A stretch of 64,000 nt of DNA, taken from the IMG/VR virus record IMGVR_UViG_3300022935_000010, positions 43,116-107,115 of that record, one strand, 5' to 3'. The position numbers and the translations under genes are program-made. Shown one piece after another: positions 18,286-27,730 of this stretch (positions are counted from its first letter, which is position 1; each line of letters starts with the position of its first letter). A model generated the notes under the pieces. That model worked only from the letters and a program-made list of their open reading frames with translations, searched no databases and had not been told where the DNA came from. The stretch is from a virus.

Positions 18286-18651
18286 ATGAATATAAATGAC
18301 GTAGCAAAGAGAGAGGTTTTAGACTTTGATCAATTTAAGAAAAAGGTACACGACGAAACATACAAACCATTCGCTGCTGAAAATCAAGAAGGTGGTGAAG
18401 GAAAGACTGGACTACATAGGATAAAAAGAGAGCCTGCTTACGATTGGGTTGGCTATGCTGATGCAGTATTTAGCCCAGAAAAAGCGGGAATCGAGGTTCC
18501 TGGATATAATGCTGATGGTGACAGAGAGTACAACATTGCAAATGCTGGTCCTTCTATAGTAAATGCCCCAAATTCTTCTATCTCTGGATTGGGAGAATCT
18601 GAAACACCAGTTAATGAATCGTTTTCAATTAAGAGGTTAGAAGATTTCTAA
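18286..18651 (+). CDS. hypothetical protein (possible head protein)
   Basis: VLDFDQF near the N-terminus, VNES..IKRLEDF at the C-terminus. Confidence 0.55.
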   Translation: MNINDVAKREVLDFDQFKKKVHDETYKPFAAENQEGGEGKTGLHRIKREPAYDWVGYADAVFSPEKAGIEVPGYNADGDREYNIANAGPSIVNAPNSSISGLGESETPVNESFSIKRLEDF

Positions 18652-18676
18652 CATAACCGGTTTTGATAAATCTTAT

Positions 18677-18709
18677 AAGACAAGTTTCACCCGAAACTTG
18701 TCTTTTTTT
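18677..18709 (+). terminator. rho-independent terminator
   Basis: aagacaagtttc-accc-gaaacttgtctt plus T tract. Confidence 0.85.
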
Positions 18710-18745
18710 ATGTAATATAAAAAAAACAAAGATCCGGATCTCACA

Positions 18746-19414
18746 ATGAATATTAAATTAGTTCACATACTGACAGAGCCCGAAACAAGAAGAGAGCAAG
18801 CTTCAATAAACTCCTTATCTCCACTTGGAGAAATGTGCTTAACTTATCAACAACAGGTTAATGAGAGATACAAGGGTGAAGCATGGAAGGAAGTTCCTGC
18901 TCTTTCCCAATCCCCTGCTACAAACCATGGACCTGGACACTATGGTGCTTTCCAATCCTTCAAGAAAGCAATGTTAGAGAATTTCTCGGATGATTTGGAT
19001 GCTTTGGTTTTATGCGAGTGCGATTGTGTTCTTGAATGCTCCCACGAAGACTTTATGAATAAGCTGAAGAGGGGTATTGATTTCTGTAATAGGAATGACC
19101 TTAAATACCTTTCTCTGGGTTCCAGATTTGTTAACGGTGTTTTACAGTCCCCAGAGATCGATTCTGATGATGAATACAAAGACTTTTATGTTACCAATAA
19201 GGTGATCTTGGCTCACTGTATTGTTCTCCCCGCATCTTCTAGGGATCTTATCCTAGGTGCCCTTGATAAATTCAGTTGGGATAGTCCGGACATCTGGTTT
19301 AATGAAGCTTTGTGGAAGTCTGGTATAAATAGATTTGGTATTGTAAAAGAAAGGCTTGCTAGACAGCACGAGGGCATCTCGCTTATAGATAATGTCTGGA
19401 AGGAGTCTCAGTAA
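18746..19414 (+). CDS. glycosyltransferase family 25-like protein
   Basis: PGHYGAFQSFKKAM...ALVLCECDCV parallels the GT25 G.iGC..SH...lilEDD motif; AHCIV and PDIWF downstream. Confidence 0.6.
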   Translation: MNIKLVHILTEPETRREQASINSLSPLGEMCLTYQQQVNERYKGEAWKEVPALSQSPATNHGPGHYGAFQSFKKAMLENFSDDLDALVLCECDCVLECSHEDFMNKLKRGIDFCNRNDLKYLSLGSRFVNGVLQSPEIDSDDEYKDFYVTNKVILAHCIVLPASSRDLILGALDKFSWDSPDIWFNEALWKSGINRFGIVKERLARQHEGISLIDNVWKESQ

Positions 19415-20143
19415 TTACCTTCTTTCCCTCTCTTCCTTACTTACCTCTCTTATGAATAGCTCCTTTGCTATCTTTAATGTTACTGAATCCTCAGTAAAAT
19501 CTTCGTATATCTCCATCACATTAACTGCAGGATCAATGTGTCTATCTAGATCCATTGCTTCTAATATTTCGTTAACTATGAATTCATAGGACATTGAAAA
19601 ATAACTGTTCCTTAGGAAAACCCTTTTCATTAATGTTCCTTGTGGTCCACTGTTATTCTTTCCGTTTTGCCACCAGTAAGCGATTATATTGTCTGTTGCC
19701 ATGTTTCTAAAGATCAGTATACCACTATCTTTGTTTTTTACATCCCCAAATTTCCCTAGAGAAAATGCTTTGATCCTGCTTTCGATGTTCTTCCAGAGTT
19801 CCATACCGAGGTCTGCATATTTATAGAGGATGTTAAGTGACATCTCTATGATTTTGAAAATTTCTTCGTTCTCAAAATCCTCTATTTCAGAATTTTCGTA
19901 ATACTCAACCAGTTTTTTAATATTTAATGGTAGATCTTCTGGTATCTGATTAAATTCGTTTTCAATCCAGACTTTAATTGAAGTGATTTCCTTGATCATT
20001 GAGAATATTCTCTTTATGGGATAATAAATATCCTCCTCTGCAATGTCCTTGTTTACAGTGGATAGAAAATCTAATAAAACGTATTGTTTGTATTCTTGAT
20101 CGATTGGATGTTCGATGAACCATGTGGGTTTAATATCTTTCAT
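19415..20143 (-). CDS. hypothetical protein
   Basis: 242-aa ORF convergent with the GT25-like gene; N-terminal WF..PID.EYKQYVLL.FL. Confidence 0.75.
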   Translation of the reverse strand: MKDIKPTWFIEHPIDQEYKQYVLLDFLSTVNKDIAEEDIYYPIKRIFSMIKEITSIKVWIENEFNQIPEDLPLNIKKLVEYYENSEIEDFENEEIFKIIEMSLNILYKYADLGMELWKNIESRIKAFSLGKFGDVKNKDSGILIFRNMATDNIIAYWWQNGKNNSGPQGTLMKRVFLRNSYFSMSYEFIVNEILEAMDLDRHIDPAVNVMEIYEDFTEDSVTLKIAKELFIREVSKEERERR

Positions 20144-20226
20144 GGTAAAGAAGAATTATGTTTGATATTCTATATATTATCCCCGGGGTATACTTCTGGA
20201 CTTTTAAAGAACCCATTTTAGGTTGT

Positions 20227-20234
20227 GATATATA
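20227..20234 (+). promoter_or_regulatory. late-promoter-like motif GATATATA (divergent partner AATATATA on the - strand at 20171-20178)
   Basis: Located in the divergent intergenic region. Confidence 0.6.
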
Positions 20235-20258
20235 ATACATAAAAATAGTGGTCCCATC

Positions 20259-20696
20259 ATGCCAAGAATAGACGATTATATTTCATTCAGCTCCAATAAG
20301 AAAAACAACGTTTCTAGCGAGTTTATTTTTTCAAAAGAACTGGGCTTGTTAGACGTTGAGGTTGTTAATAGGCCTCCTGAGATTTCTGATGTTGATTCGT
20401 TAGAATGTGAAATTGAATACAAGGTTGGCATAGAAAGAAGAAAAGATGGGATACAGGACCTGAACTTTTCTATAGAGGAAATAGAACTTGAAATTAAAGT
20501 CGACGATTATCCAAACGAACAGAAGGAATTTGAATTTGATATAGTACCAGATGTAAACATCGCTATTCCTTCCATTGTAATCCAGAAGGGGTCGAGATTA
20601 GTCCCAACAGATCCTTCTTTTGCAAGAATTGATATGAGAAAGTCGATGAATCCCAAAGACTTCAGAATCCAAATACTCTTTGGAACCAATGAATAA
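20259..20696 (+). CDS. hypothetical acidic protein
   Basis: ORF, 145 aa. Confidence 0.7.
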   Translation: MPRIDDYISFSSNKKNNVSSEFIFSKELGLLDVEVVNRPPEISDVDSLECEIEYKVGIERRKDGIQDLNFSIEEIELEIKVDDYPNEQKEFEFDIVPDVNIAIPSIVIQKGSRLVPTDPSFARIDMRKSMNPKDFRIQILFGTNE

Positions 20697-21606
20697 AGCA
20701 CTTAAATTTGGCCAGTTTGGGAGAATTTTTGAATCTCGGGGGATATCTAAAAAGGATGTTGGACTAATTGGTCCAAATATGTCTGGCGAAATAAAGCTTA
20801 GAATACCTAATCCTGGTATCACATTAAAGAGAATAGACGATGGTGATAACTTTACTTTTCAAATGGGTGAGAAGTCTTGTTCGGTGCCTAAAAAATATGT
20901 AGGTCTCACCACTCAACCTGGGTATGACATTATTTCCTTTGATACTAATATGAACTGGTTCAGGGAAGACGATAATGGTGAAAAAATTTCGGATATCATA
21001 GAGGAATATGTTTCTTCTCAGTATAAAGAACTTTCAAAGGTTGCTAATCAACTTGAGGATGATGCTAATATGATTTTAGATATTTTGGGTATTAAGGAGG
21101 ATGTAAAAACATTTAATTCTAATTCACCCTTACAAATGGACGGGCAAATTTCAAATGGGATGGAATTTGAAATTGAAAAGGAGAAACCGGAAGACTTATT
21201 TAAGAAGATCTTTATTTATAAAACTACTGATGAGATACATCCTTTGATTTCTATAAAAAGAAAAGGCGGCAGATTTAATTGTGTTTATAGAACTCCAAAG
21301 GGAAATTTTGAATGTAAACATGATTCTATTAAGGGAATGCTTGATAACCCAGTTGATAAGTATTTGCTCTCTGTGTGTAACGGAGGAGACAATAATAAAA
21401 ATCAAAGGGATCTCGTGGACCACCTCATGAAGCTTTTTAAGTATCATTCCTGGGATAAATCCTCTTCACCAAAGAAGGATGATAAGCATCTTGATGAAAG
21501 GAGGGAGATTAAAAAGGTAATGAACATTCTTAAAAATACTATTCCTGAACAGCACATTGAGGAAATGTATTCTGATGCTAGATCCAAATTTCTGGGTAAT
21601 TCATAG
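20689..21606 (+). CDS. hypothetical protein (possible head cargo)
   Basis: ATG overlaps the previous stop; ALKFGQF..IFES N-terminus. Confidence 0.7.
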   Translation: MNKALKFGQFGRIFESRGISKKDVGLIGPNMSGEIKLRIPNPGITLKRIDDGDNFTFQMGEKSCSVPKKYVGLTTQPGYDIISFDTNMNWFREDDNGEKISDIIEEYVSSQYKELSKVANQLEDDANMILDILGIKEDVKTFNSNSPLQMDGQISNGMEFEIEKEKPEDLFKKIFIYKTTDEIHPLISIKRKGGRFNCVYRTPKGNFECKHDSIKGMLDNPVDKYLLSVCNGGDNNKNQRDLVDHLMKLFKYHSWDKSSSPKKDDKHLDERREIKKVMNILKNTIPEQHIEEMYSDARSKFLGNS

Positions 21607-21725
21607 AACCCGGAACACTTTTGTACATTTTCCATATAATTTTTAAATCTAGCAATGCTGCCCAGTGAATTGTTTTTACACATACCTTTTCGATTTTCGA
21701 TTAACCTCTTAATGATTGAAAGTAA

Positions 21726-22391
21726 ATGGGATGGCTGAGCCGAATATTTAAGAAGAAAAAAAAGATGGATCTAAAGGAAAAAACTTTACCTGAGATTAAA
21801 GAAGAACTCTCCAAGGTCGATTTTCAATGGATTAAGGGAGACAAGATGGGCAACATCGAAAAATTTGATGGTGTCACAACGGACGAATCCACTGGGATGA
21901 CCTTTATTGATTTTAAAGGAGGAGGAAGAATTAACCTGGAGCTTTTGGAAGAATATCTTGAATCCTTTCCTGCTTCAAAGGTCGACTTTGGTGATACACA
22001 AATTTCTCCTGACGTTCCGGTAAATCCGTTGCCAAAAGATGTTCAGACACAGCCTGCTGCTTCTAAGAGAAATACAGTTTCTTCGGTAGCACTTGAAGAA
22101 TCTCCGATATATAAGCTACTTAAGCAGCAAAAGGAGAATTGGGTAAATGTGAATATTTCCCTAAAATTAAATCTCCCGCCAAAGAGTCTTTATAATGTTC
22201 TTATAAGTTCTTTTGATGGTGCAAACGAGGAAATAATAAATTATGTTACCGAGGGTATTGATATTGAGGATATTAGGTCTGCTTTAGCAGAATCTATTAC
22301 CAGCTATTATGATGCTTCTCAAAAGTCAACAAGTCAAAGAGTTAAGAACAAGAAAGAAGAAAACAAACCGGTAGAGGATGGAAACGAATAA
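21726..22391 (+). CDS. hypothetical protein
   Basis: ORF, 221 aa; start could be the later Met (MDLKEK). Confidence 0.7.
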   Translation: MGWLSRIFKKKKKMDLKEKTLPEIKEELSKVDFQWIKGDKMGNIEKFDGVTTDESTGMTFIDFKGGGRINLELLEEYLESFPASKVDFGDTQISPDVPVNPLPKDVQTQPAASKRNTVSSVALEESPIYKLLKQQKENWVNVNISLKLNLPPKSLYNVLISSFDGANEEIINYVTEGIDIEDIRSALAESITSYYDASQKSTSQRVKNKKEENKPVEDGNE

Positions 22392-22956
22392 AGTCTTATA
22401 CGAAACACCTGGCCTAAATTTAGTCGAAAGGGATGGTAGAATTGGTGTAGTCCCAACATTTATGAATGTTGTTGTAATGCCATTTATATCTGATGAGCAA
22501 GGACTCCCTTTGGCAATTGGTGTTTTAAAGGAGCCAAATCCTTTTAGAGAAGGTGGTATGACAGTGTCTCTTATCACAGGAACAAGTGACGACGAGGATC
22601 CTGATCTATTAACTACAGCAAAAAGAGAACTTATGGAAGAAAGTGGATTCCAAGCGGATGAAAATGAAAGGTGGTACTATCTTGGTTCCGTTACGTCATC
22701 TAAGTTTGTCGACCATGAACAACCTTGCTTTGCAGTAGATGTCACTGGTTTACAAAAGGGTGAAGCAACAACAGACGGTAGTCCAGAAGAGCAGGAGATG
22801 GAATTTAAGTTTATTCCCGCTAATGATGTGGTAAAAGCTAAAGACATTTTCATCCCCGGTCTTTTTCTAAAGTTGTTTAAATATGTTCTTGGTATTGATA
22901 TACAAGGATCTACCGAGGAATCTAAAGAGGATGCGTTTAAATTTTCAGCAGAATGA
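22378..22956 (+). CDS. Nudix hydrolase
   Basis: Nudix box G....E.......AKRELMEESGF. Confidence 0.85.
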   Translation: METNKVLYETPGLNLVERDGRIGVVPTFMNVVVMPFISDEQGLPLAIGVLKEPNPFREGGMTVSLITGTSDDEDPDLLTTAKRELMEESGFQADENERWYYLGSVTSSKFVDHEQPCFAVDVTGLQKGEATTDGSPEEQEMEFKFIPANDVVKAKDIFIPGLFLKLFKYVLGIDIQGSTEESKEDAFKFSAE

Positions 22957-23294
22957 GTCAATCTAGAAGACAAAGAAGACAAATGGCCAAACAGTTTGGT
23001 CTACTAGGGAAAAATGAATCCTTCGATGAAATGAGGGAAAGAATACGAAGAGCCCAGCAGATGGGACAGCAGATTCACCTAAAAAATCTTGAGAATAACA
23101 AGAACAGTCAAATAGAGGCTCAGAGAGCTAGAGAGGTTGCCATCCAGGAAGAAATAGCAAAAAATTTATCCACTGAGAAAGAGGATAATCCAGACGATAC
23201 CGTTAAATTAAATACTAGTTCCTTTAATTTCTTAAAGGATGTAAATGAGGGTCCTCAGGCTTCTGGTGAAAAAGAAACCAAAGATAATGCCTAA
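22953..23294 (+). CDS. hypothetical protein
   Basis: ATGA overlap with the Nudix gene; SRRQRR N-terminus. Confidence 0.7.
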   Translation: MSQSRRQRRQMAKQFGLLGKNESFDEMRERIRRAQQMGQQIHLKNLENNKNSQIEAQRAREVAIQEEIAKNLSTEKEDNPDDTVKLNTSSFNFLKDVNEGPQASGEKETKDNA

Positions 23295-23619
23295 GGAAAT
23301 ACCAGATACTAGATTTCTTCTTACATCAAGTTCTTTAAAAGAGGCCAAAAGAAAGTATTGCTCTGATAAAACCTATTATATTGTGGATATAGGAAAAATC
23401 ATAAGGGAGCTCGGCTATGATGTTAACGAGCTTTCCCCAGAATCAGAGTTTGTCATCAATTACGCAGTTCAGAAGAAAATAACCCAAGGAATATATAGTA
23501 CAAGATGTAATGACATCTTGGTGGTGTATAGAAACATCTCACAAAGGTTTGCAGAAAACCTAAATCATTTCTTAGAAGAAATGGAAGAGGAGTTTGAATT
23601 CACCATCGAGGTAGAATGA
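23287..23619 (+). CDS. hypothetical protein
   Basis: ATG 23287 overlaps the upstream stop. Confidence 0.65.
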   Translation: MPKEIPDTRFLLTSSSLKEAKRKYCSDKTYYIVDIGKIIRELGYDVNELSPESEFVINYAVQKKITQGIYSTRCNDILVVYRNISQRFAENLNHFLEEMEEEFEFTIEVE

Positions 23620-23640
23620 AAAAAAATCTTGTCTATATAA

Positions 23641-25611
23641 ATGTCAACAGGGACAAACTCAAGAACAGGATCCCAATCCTCTACTGAATCTTATGCAGAA
23701 AGGGAATTAAGGTATTCCGTTGGTAATTCCTCAGGTAGCCCAACCACAGCTGCGAACAGTTCTATTCACGGATCGAGAGAAGAACAATTAGATAGTGCAT
23801 CCGCGCAATTAACTTCGAGGATGTCCAACCTTGGATCTGTTAATCCTAACAAAGGACCAACACCAAGAACTCTATTTTATAATGGTGGTTTTTATTCCTC
23901 TGACGATGCTAAATATGGTCAGTTCCTTTTCTATTCTTTTGGAAGCAATCAGAACACATTTATACAGGAATATTATAAATCCGAGAATAGGGAATTTAAC
24001 TCTTCTATTTCTTCGGTATCCAGTGTTACTGGAAGAGGCGCTAGTAAGAACCCCTCTGCGGGTCAACTTGTTAGAATAACACAAGAAACTCTTAATGAGA
24101 TCGATGCTTCCATGGGAGAGGACGGACAAGATTCTTCCGGAAGTCTTGGTACAAGAGGAAATAAATCACTTGTTATAGGGGGAGCTTCTGCTCCATATTA
24201 CTGGAAAGACTTTTTGTACTGTAAGTATTATGGTGCTATCCCAAATAATTATATGGTAACTCTCAGAAGGTTCCCTGCTCCAATGAGAGATAACCTTTCT
24301 ATACCAGATCAGCTTTTAGCTTCTGATTTATATAAAAAACAAGGTGCTGGTAGACCCGTTGCCCAGGCAGTAACCTGGTGGGGAGGAAACACAGATAACT
24401 CTTTGGATGAGATAATTGGATTTAGTGCTGGTCTAACATGGCAAGACAAATATCAAAACGACGTTGGCTACCAAAAAGGATTTGACCAAGGATTTTTCAA
24501 AAGTGTGCTCGGAAGAGCTTTTGCTGGTGCTGCTAGTGGTGCAGGGGCAGGTGAACTTTTAGCTACTTTGGGTGACGTTGCAAATATAGCAGTTGCAGCA
24601 ACCGAAGGTGGTAGGGATGAAGTTACCGTTCCTAAAATAAACTATGCATTGAGGGACAAAATGATCTCTGAAGGCGGGCCTCTTTCTGACTTTATATTCG
24701 TTTCTGTAGATACTGTGGATAAAACATGGGTAAGAGGGAGAGGACTGACTTTTACCGAAAACCCAATAAGACTTAAGTTCCATTATGAGCTAACATCCGT
24801 TGGTGAAGTAAACACTAAAGCTGCAATGCTTGATATCATAGGAAACTTACTTGCTATTGGTACTAATTATGGTAATTTTCTAACCCCAGATATTAGATAC
24901 GATAACACTTTCCCAGCTATTGGATTTCCTGGTGGAGATGAGGGGTTAAGGGCTTTTTATTCAGATCCTATTAAATGGACTAAAACTGCTATTAAATATC
25001 TTTCAGATCCTGACGGATTAACAATGAATGATCCACAAGCACAGCAATTTAAAGAGTCTGCAGATTCTGTTGAAAAAGCAGTTACTGAGCTTCAAAGTGC
25101 AATAAAACAATTAAAGGAAACCGATATTGGTGGGTTAAACGAACTTATAGAATCTGACGCTGCAATTGGTAACATTATTGCTTTCGCTCTTGCTGACGAT
25201 TTCGTTGAGAATATACAGCTTCCGATAGCTATTCAAACCGGTGCACCAACAGGTGAATGGCATTTAGTGGTTGGTAATCCAATGAATCCGATAGCGATGA
25301 TAGGCAATCTTGTTTGCGATGGTGTAAATATAGAATTTAATGAAGTTCTTGGTCCGGATGATTTTCCAACAGAGGTTATGGCAACTTTCACGTTAAAACA
25401 TGGAAGAGATAGAGAAAGAGGTGAGATTGAAAGTATGTTTAATAGAGGTGATGGAAGGCTTTACCAAAGTACAATACCAACTTATGCAAACAATCAATCT
25501 ATCTATAACCAAGGACTTTCCGATGGAACTGTTGTTCAGACAACCAAGGATGGAACTACACTCACTGATCCTTCGAATGTGGTGGCTCAGAACGGTGGAC
25601 AAACAAACTAA
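23641..25611 (+). CDS. putative baseplate/tail-tube initiator protein (gp48/gp54-like)
   Basis: First gene of the baseplate module; C-terminal LVCDGVNIEF...DDFPTEVMATFTL is tube-fold-like. Confidence 0.4.
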   Translation: MSTGTNSRTGSQSSTESYAERELRYSVGNSSGSPTTAANSSIHGSREEQLDSASAQLTSRMSNLGSVNPNKGPTPRTLFYNGGFYSSDDAKYGQFLFYSFGSNQNTFIQEYYKSENREFNSSISSVSSVTGRGASKNPSAGQLVRITQETLNEIDASMGEDGQDSSGSLGTRGNKSLVIGGASAPYYWKDFLYCKYYGAIPNNYMVTLRRFPAPMRDNLSIPDQLLASDLYKKQGAGRPVAQAVTWWGGNTDNSLDEIIGFSAGLTWQDKYQNDVGYQKGFDQGFFKSVLGRAFAGAASGAGAGELLATLGDVANIAVAATEGGRDEVTVPKINYALRDKMISEGGPLSDFIFVSVDTVDKTWVRGRGLTFTENPIRLKFHYELTSVGEVNTKAAMLDIIGNLLAIGTNYGNFLTPDIRYDNTFPAIGFPGGDEGLRAFYSDPIKWTKTAIKYLSDPDGLTMNDPQAQQFKESADSVEKAVTELQSAIKQLKETDIGGLNELIESDAAIGNIIAFALADDFVENIQLPIAIQTGAPTGEWHLVVGNPMNPIAMIGNLVCDGVNIEFNEVLGPDDFPTEVMATFTLKHGRDRERGEIESMFNRGDGRLYQSTIPTYANNQSIYNQGLSDGTVVQTTKDGTTLTDPSNVVAQNGGQTN

Positions 25612-25622
25612 TATTTTATGTT

Positions 25623-26207
25623 ATGCTTGAAATAGACATATTAGCAAGAAACAAAAACATATTTAATCCCGATAGCAAGGAACAGCAGAGAAACTATGGT
25701 ATCTGGGACCTGGCAAGATCTAGCATATCATATAAAAATGTGGATGTAAGATTTAAAAAGTATTTTGTTGTAAAAGAAGACGAGCAAATGAGACCAGACC
25801 TAATGGCATATAAAATGTATGGTTCTATGTCTTATACTGGTAGTCTTTTAAAAGTAAATGGCGTGTGTAATCCCTTTGCCATAAGTGTTGGTGAAGTTTT
25901 TGCAGCTCCAACTACCAAGTCTATTGACAGCATGTTATCAACAAAAGCTTCACTACTACGGAAAGACGAAGCAAATAATAATCCAAATTCTGAGTTTAGA
26001 AAGTCACAGGAGCAAAGGAAATTTAAGGTAAGTGATTCTAGAAAAGATTTCTTAGACCGAAGGTCAAAGGCAAAAAATCCTACCCCACAGATTTTGCCAC
26101 CTAACATATTACAAGACGGAGAAAGGCAGACAGTTAGGACTAATTCGGTTATTGGATTGGCACCGGATGTAAGTAACGCGGCTCCTAATCCAAACGCTAA
26201 TATTTAA
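25623..26207 (+). CDS. baseplate wedge protein, LysM-like (T4 gp53-like)
   Basis: RPDLMAYKMYG...LLKVNGVCNPF..SVGE. Confidence 0.75.
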   Translation: MLEIDILARNKNIFNPDSKEQQRNYGIWDLARSSISYKNVDVRFKKYFVVKEDEQMRPDLMAYKMYGSMSYTGSLLKVNGVCNPFAISVGEVFAAPTTKSIDSMLSTKASLLRKDEANNNPNSEFRKSQEQRKFKVSDSRKDFLDRRSKAKNPTPQILPPNILQDGERQTVRTNSVIGLAPDVSNAAPNPNANI

Positions 26208-26212
26208 AACAT

Positions 26213-27706
26213 ATGGCATCTGACCAGATTATTATAAATAACTTTTCCAAAACTAGTATTAGGTTAGATGAATTGGTTGTTCCTAATAGAACTGGCGAAC
26301 AAACACCCAATTCCTCGTTAGCAAGTGATGCTGATGATAAATCATGGGGTGCTTATAGGCCCGTGGTTTTTATAAATGGGTATTATGTTGATCAGCAAAT
26401 GGATTATTTTGAGTTTTTACAAATTGATTTTCTACCCACTGTAAGGCTAAGTTTTACGATGAACGATCCAATGTTTGTTAGTGTAAATTATCCTAAGGAT
26501 GGTGATATAATATCGATGTACATTAGGTCTAAAGAGGAAATTTACAAACCTATTAGGATGGACTTTAATATCTTGAATGTTCGCTCCTCACAATCACAGG
26601 ACCCTGAGGGTAATAAAATAAGATATACGATTCTTGGGGAAACTAGAATCCCTGGTTTATACTCGGAGGTTTCTAAAGCTTTCCGTACTATGACATCATA
26701 TGATGCTCTTTTTGAGGTTTCACAAGATCTAAATTTAGGTTTTTCTTCGAACGATAGCGCTCTCGACGATACCATGACATGGATATGCCCAAACTTTTCA
26801 TATTATAACTTTATACATGAAATTTGCGAGAGATCTTATAAGAATGACGAGAGCTTTTACCGTGTTTGGATTGATCCGTATTACAATTTAACTTTTGTAA
26901 ACATGCATAACCAGCTAACTGCTGATGATTATGTACAACAGGTAAAGGTTATTAGAGGTGGTGATACTGCTAATGATACATTCTTGGCCGAAACTGAACT
27001 TGATATGCAAGAAATGCCTTTGGCCTTAACCAACCAAAGGGGATCTGGTGATCTTCCCTTCTTTATTAATAACTTTACATTACTTTCCAAATCTGGTAAC
27101 ACCTCAAATAAGTACGGCTACATCCAGGAGGTCCAGTTTTATGACGAGGCGATAGTTCCTGAAAAATCCTTTGCTGAGAAGTATGTCAAATATACTATTG
27201 AAACAAGTACCTCCGATTTTGTTGGAGAGAACCAGGTATTGCAAAAAGGTAGACCTAAGGAGGATTTATACAAGGTTGAGGTTAGAAAAGCATGGTATGG
27301 TTCACTCAACAACTCCACTAGTGGAGTGCATGATAACTTCATCCAAGCTCTTATACAGAACGAATTTAATTTGGGGGACCTTGAGAAATTTACACTTAAG
27401 GTTGAACTCAGCGGTTACTATGCTGGAATTTATAGAGGGCAAGCAGTGCCGGTCATCCTTTATGCAAACGAGCAGGGGAAAAGAAAAGAAAATACTGGTG
27501 TATCAAATGACCAAAAACCCGAAAGTGAAACAAATCCAGTACTTGATAGATTCCTATCCGGAATTTATGTGGTGAGCGCTATGGAAGTTAGGTATGATAT
27601 CCTCAGAGGTGTGTACCAAGTGCTTCATTTGAATAAGAGGGAATGGACATTGAATAGCGCTGGAGCTTTCCCTAAATCTTTCCCCATTAATCTCCTAACT
27701 GGATAA
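26213..27706 (+). CDS. putative baseplate hub protein (gp27/GPD-like)
   Basis: Position between gp53-like and gp5-like genes; C-terminal GQAVPV...LSGIYVVSAMEVRY. Confidence 0.55.
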   Translation: MASDQIIINNFSKTSIRLDELVVPNRTGEQTPNSSLASDADDKSWGAYRPVVFINGYYVDQQMDYFEFLQIDFLPTVRLSFTMNDPMFVSVNYPKDGDIISMYIRSKEEIYKPIRMDFNILNVRSSQSQDPEGNKIRYTILGETRIPGLYSEVSKAFRTMTSYDALFEVSQDLNLGFSSNDSALDDTMTWICPNFSYYNFIHEICERSYKNDESFYRVWIDPYYNLTFVNMHNQLTADDYVQQVKVIRGGDTANDTFLAETELDMQEMPLALTNQRGSGDLPFFINNFTLLSKSGNTSNKYGYIQEVQFYDEAIVPEKSFAEKYVKYTIETSTSDFVGENQVLQKGRPKEDLYKVEVRKAWYGSLNNSTSGVHDNFIQALIQNEFNLGDLEKFTLKVELSGYYAGIYRGQAVPVILYANEQGKRKENTGVSNDQKPESETNPVLDRFLSGIYVVSAMEVRYDILRGVYQVLHLNKREWTLNSAGAFPKSFPINLLTG

Positions 27707-27709
27707 ATA
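27702..27709 (+). promoter_or_regulatory. late-promoter-like motif GATAAATA
   Basis: Overlaps the stop of 26213; precedes ORF 27731. Confidence 0.55.
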
Positions 27710-27730
27710 TAGTAAAATAATAGAACCCCT

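Noticed and set aside
21614-21640. AACACTT...ATATAAT as a fourth copy of the GAAACTT-N15 promoter
   Set aside because: Heptamer mismatched and spacing is 13 rather than 15
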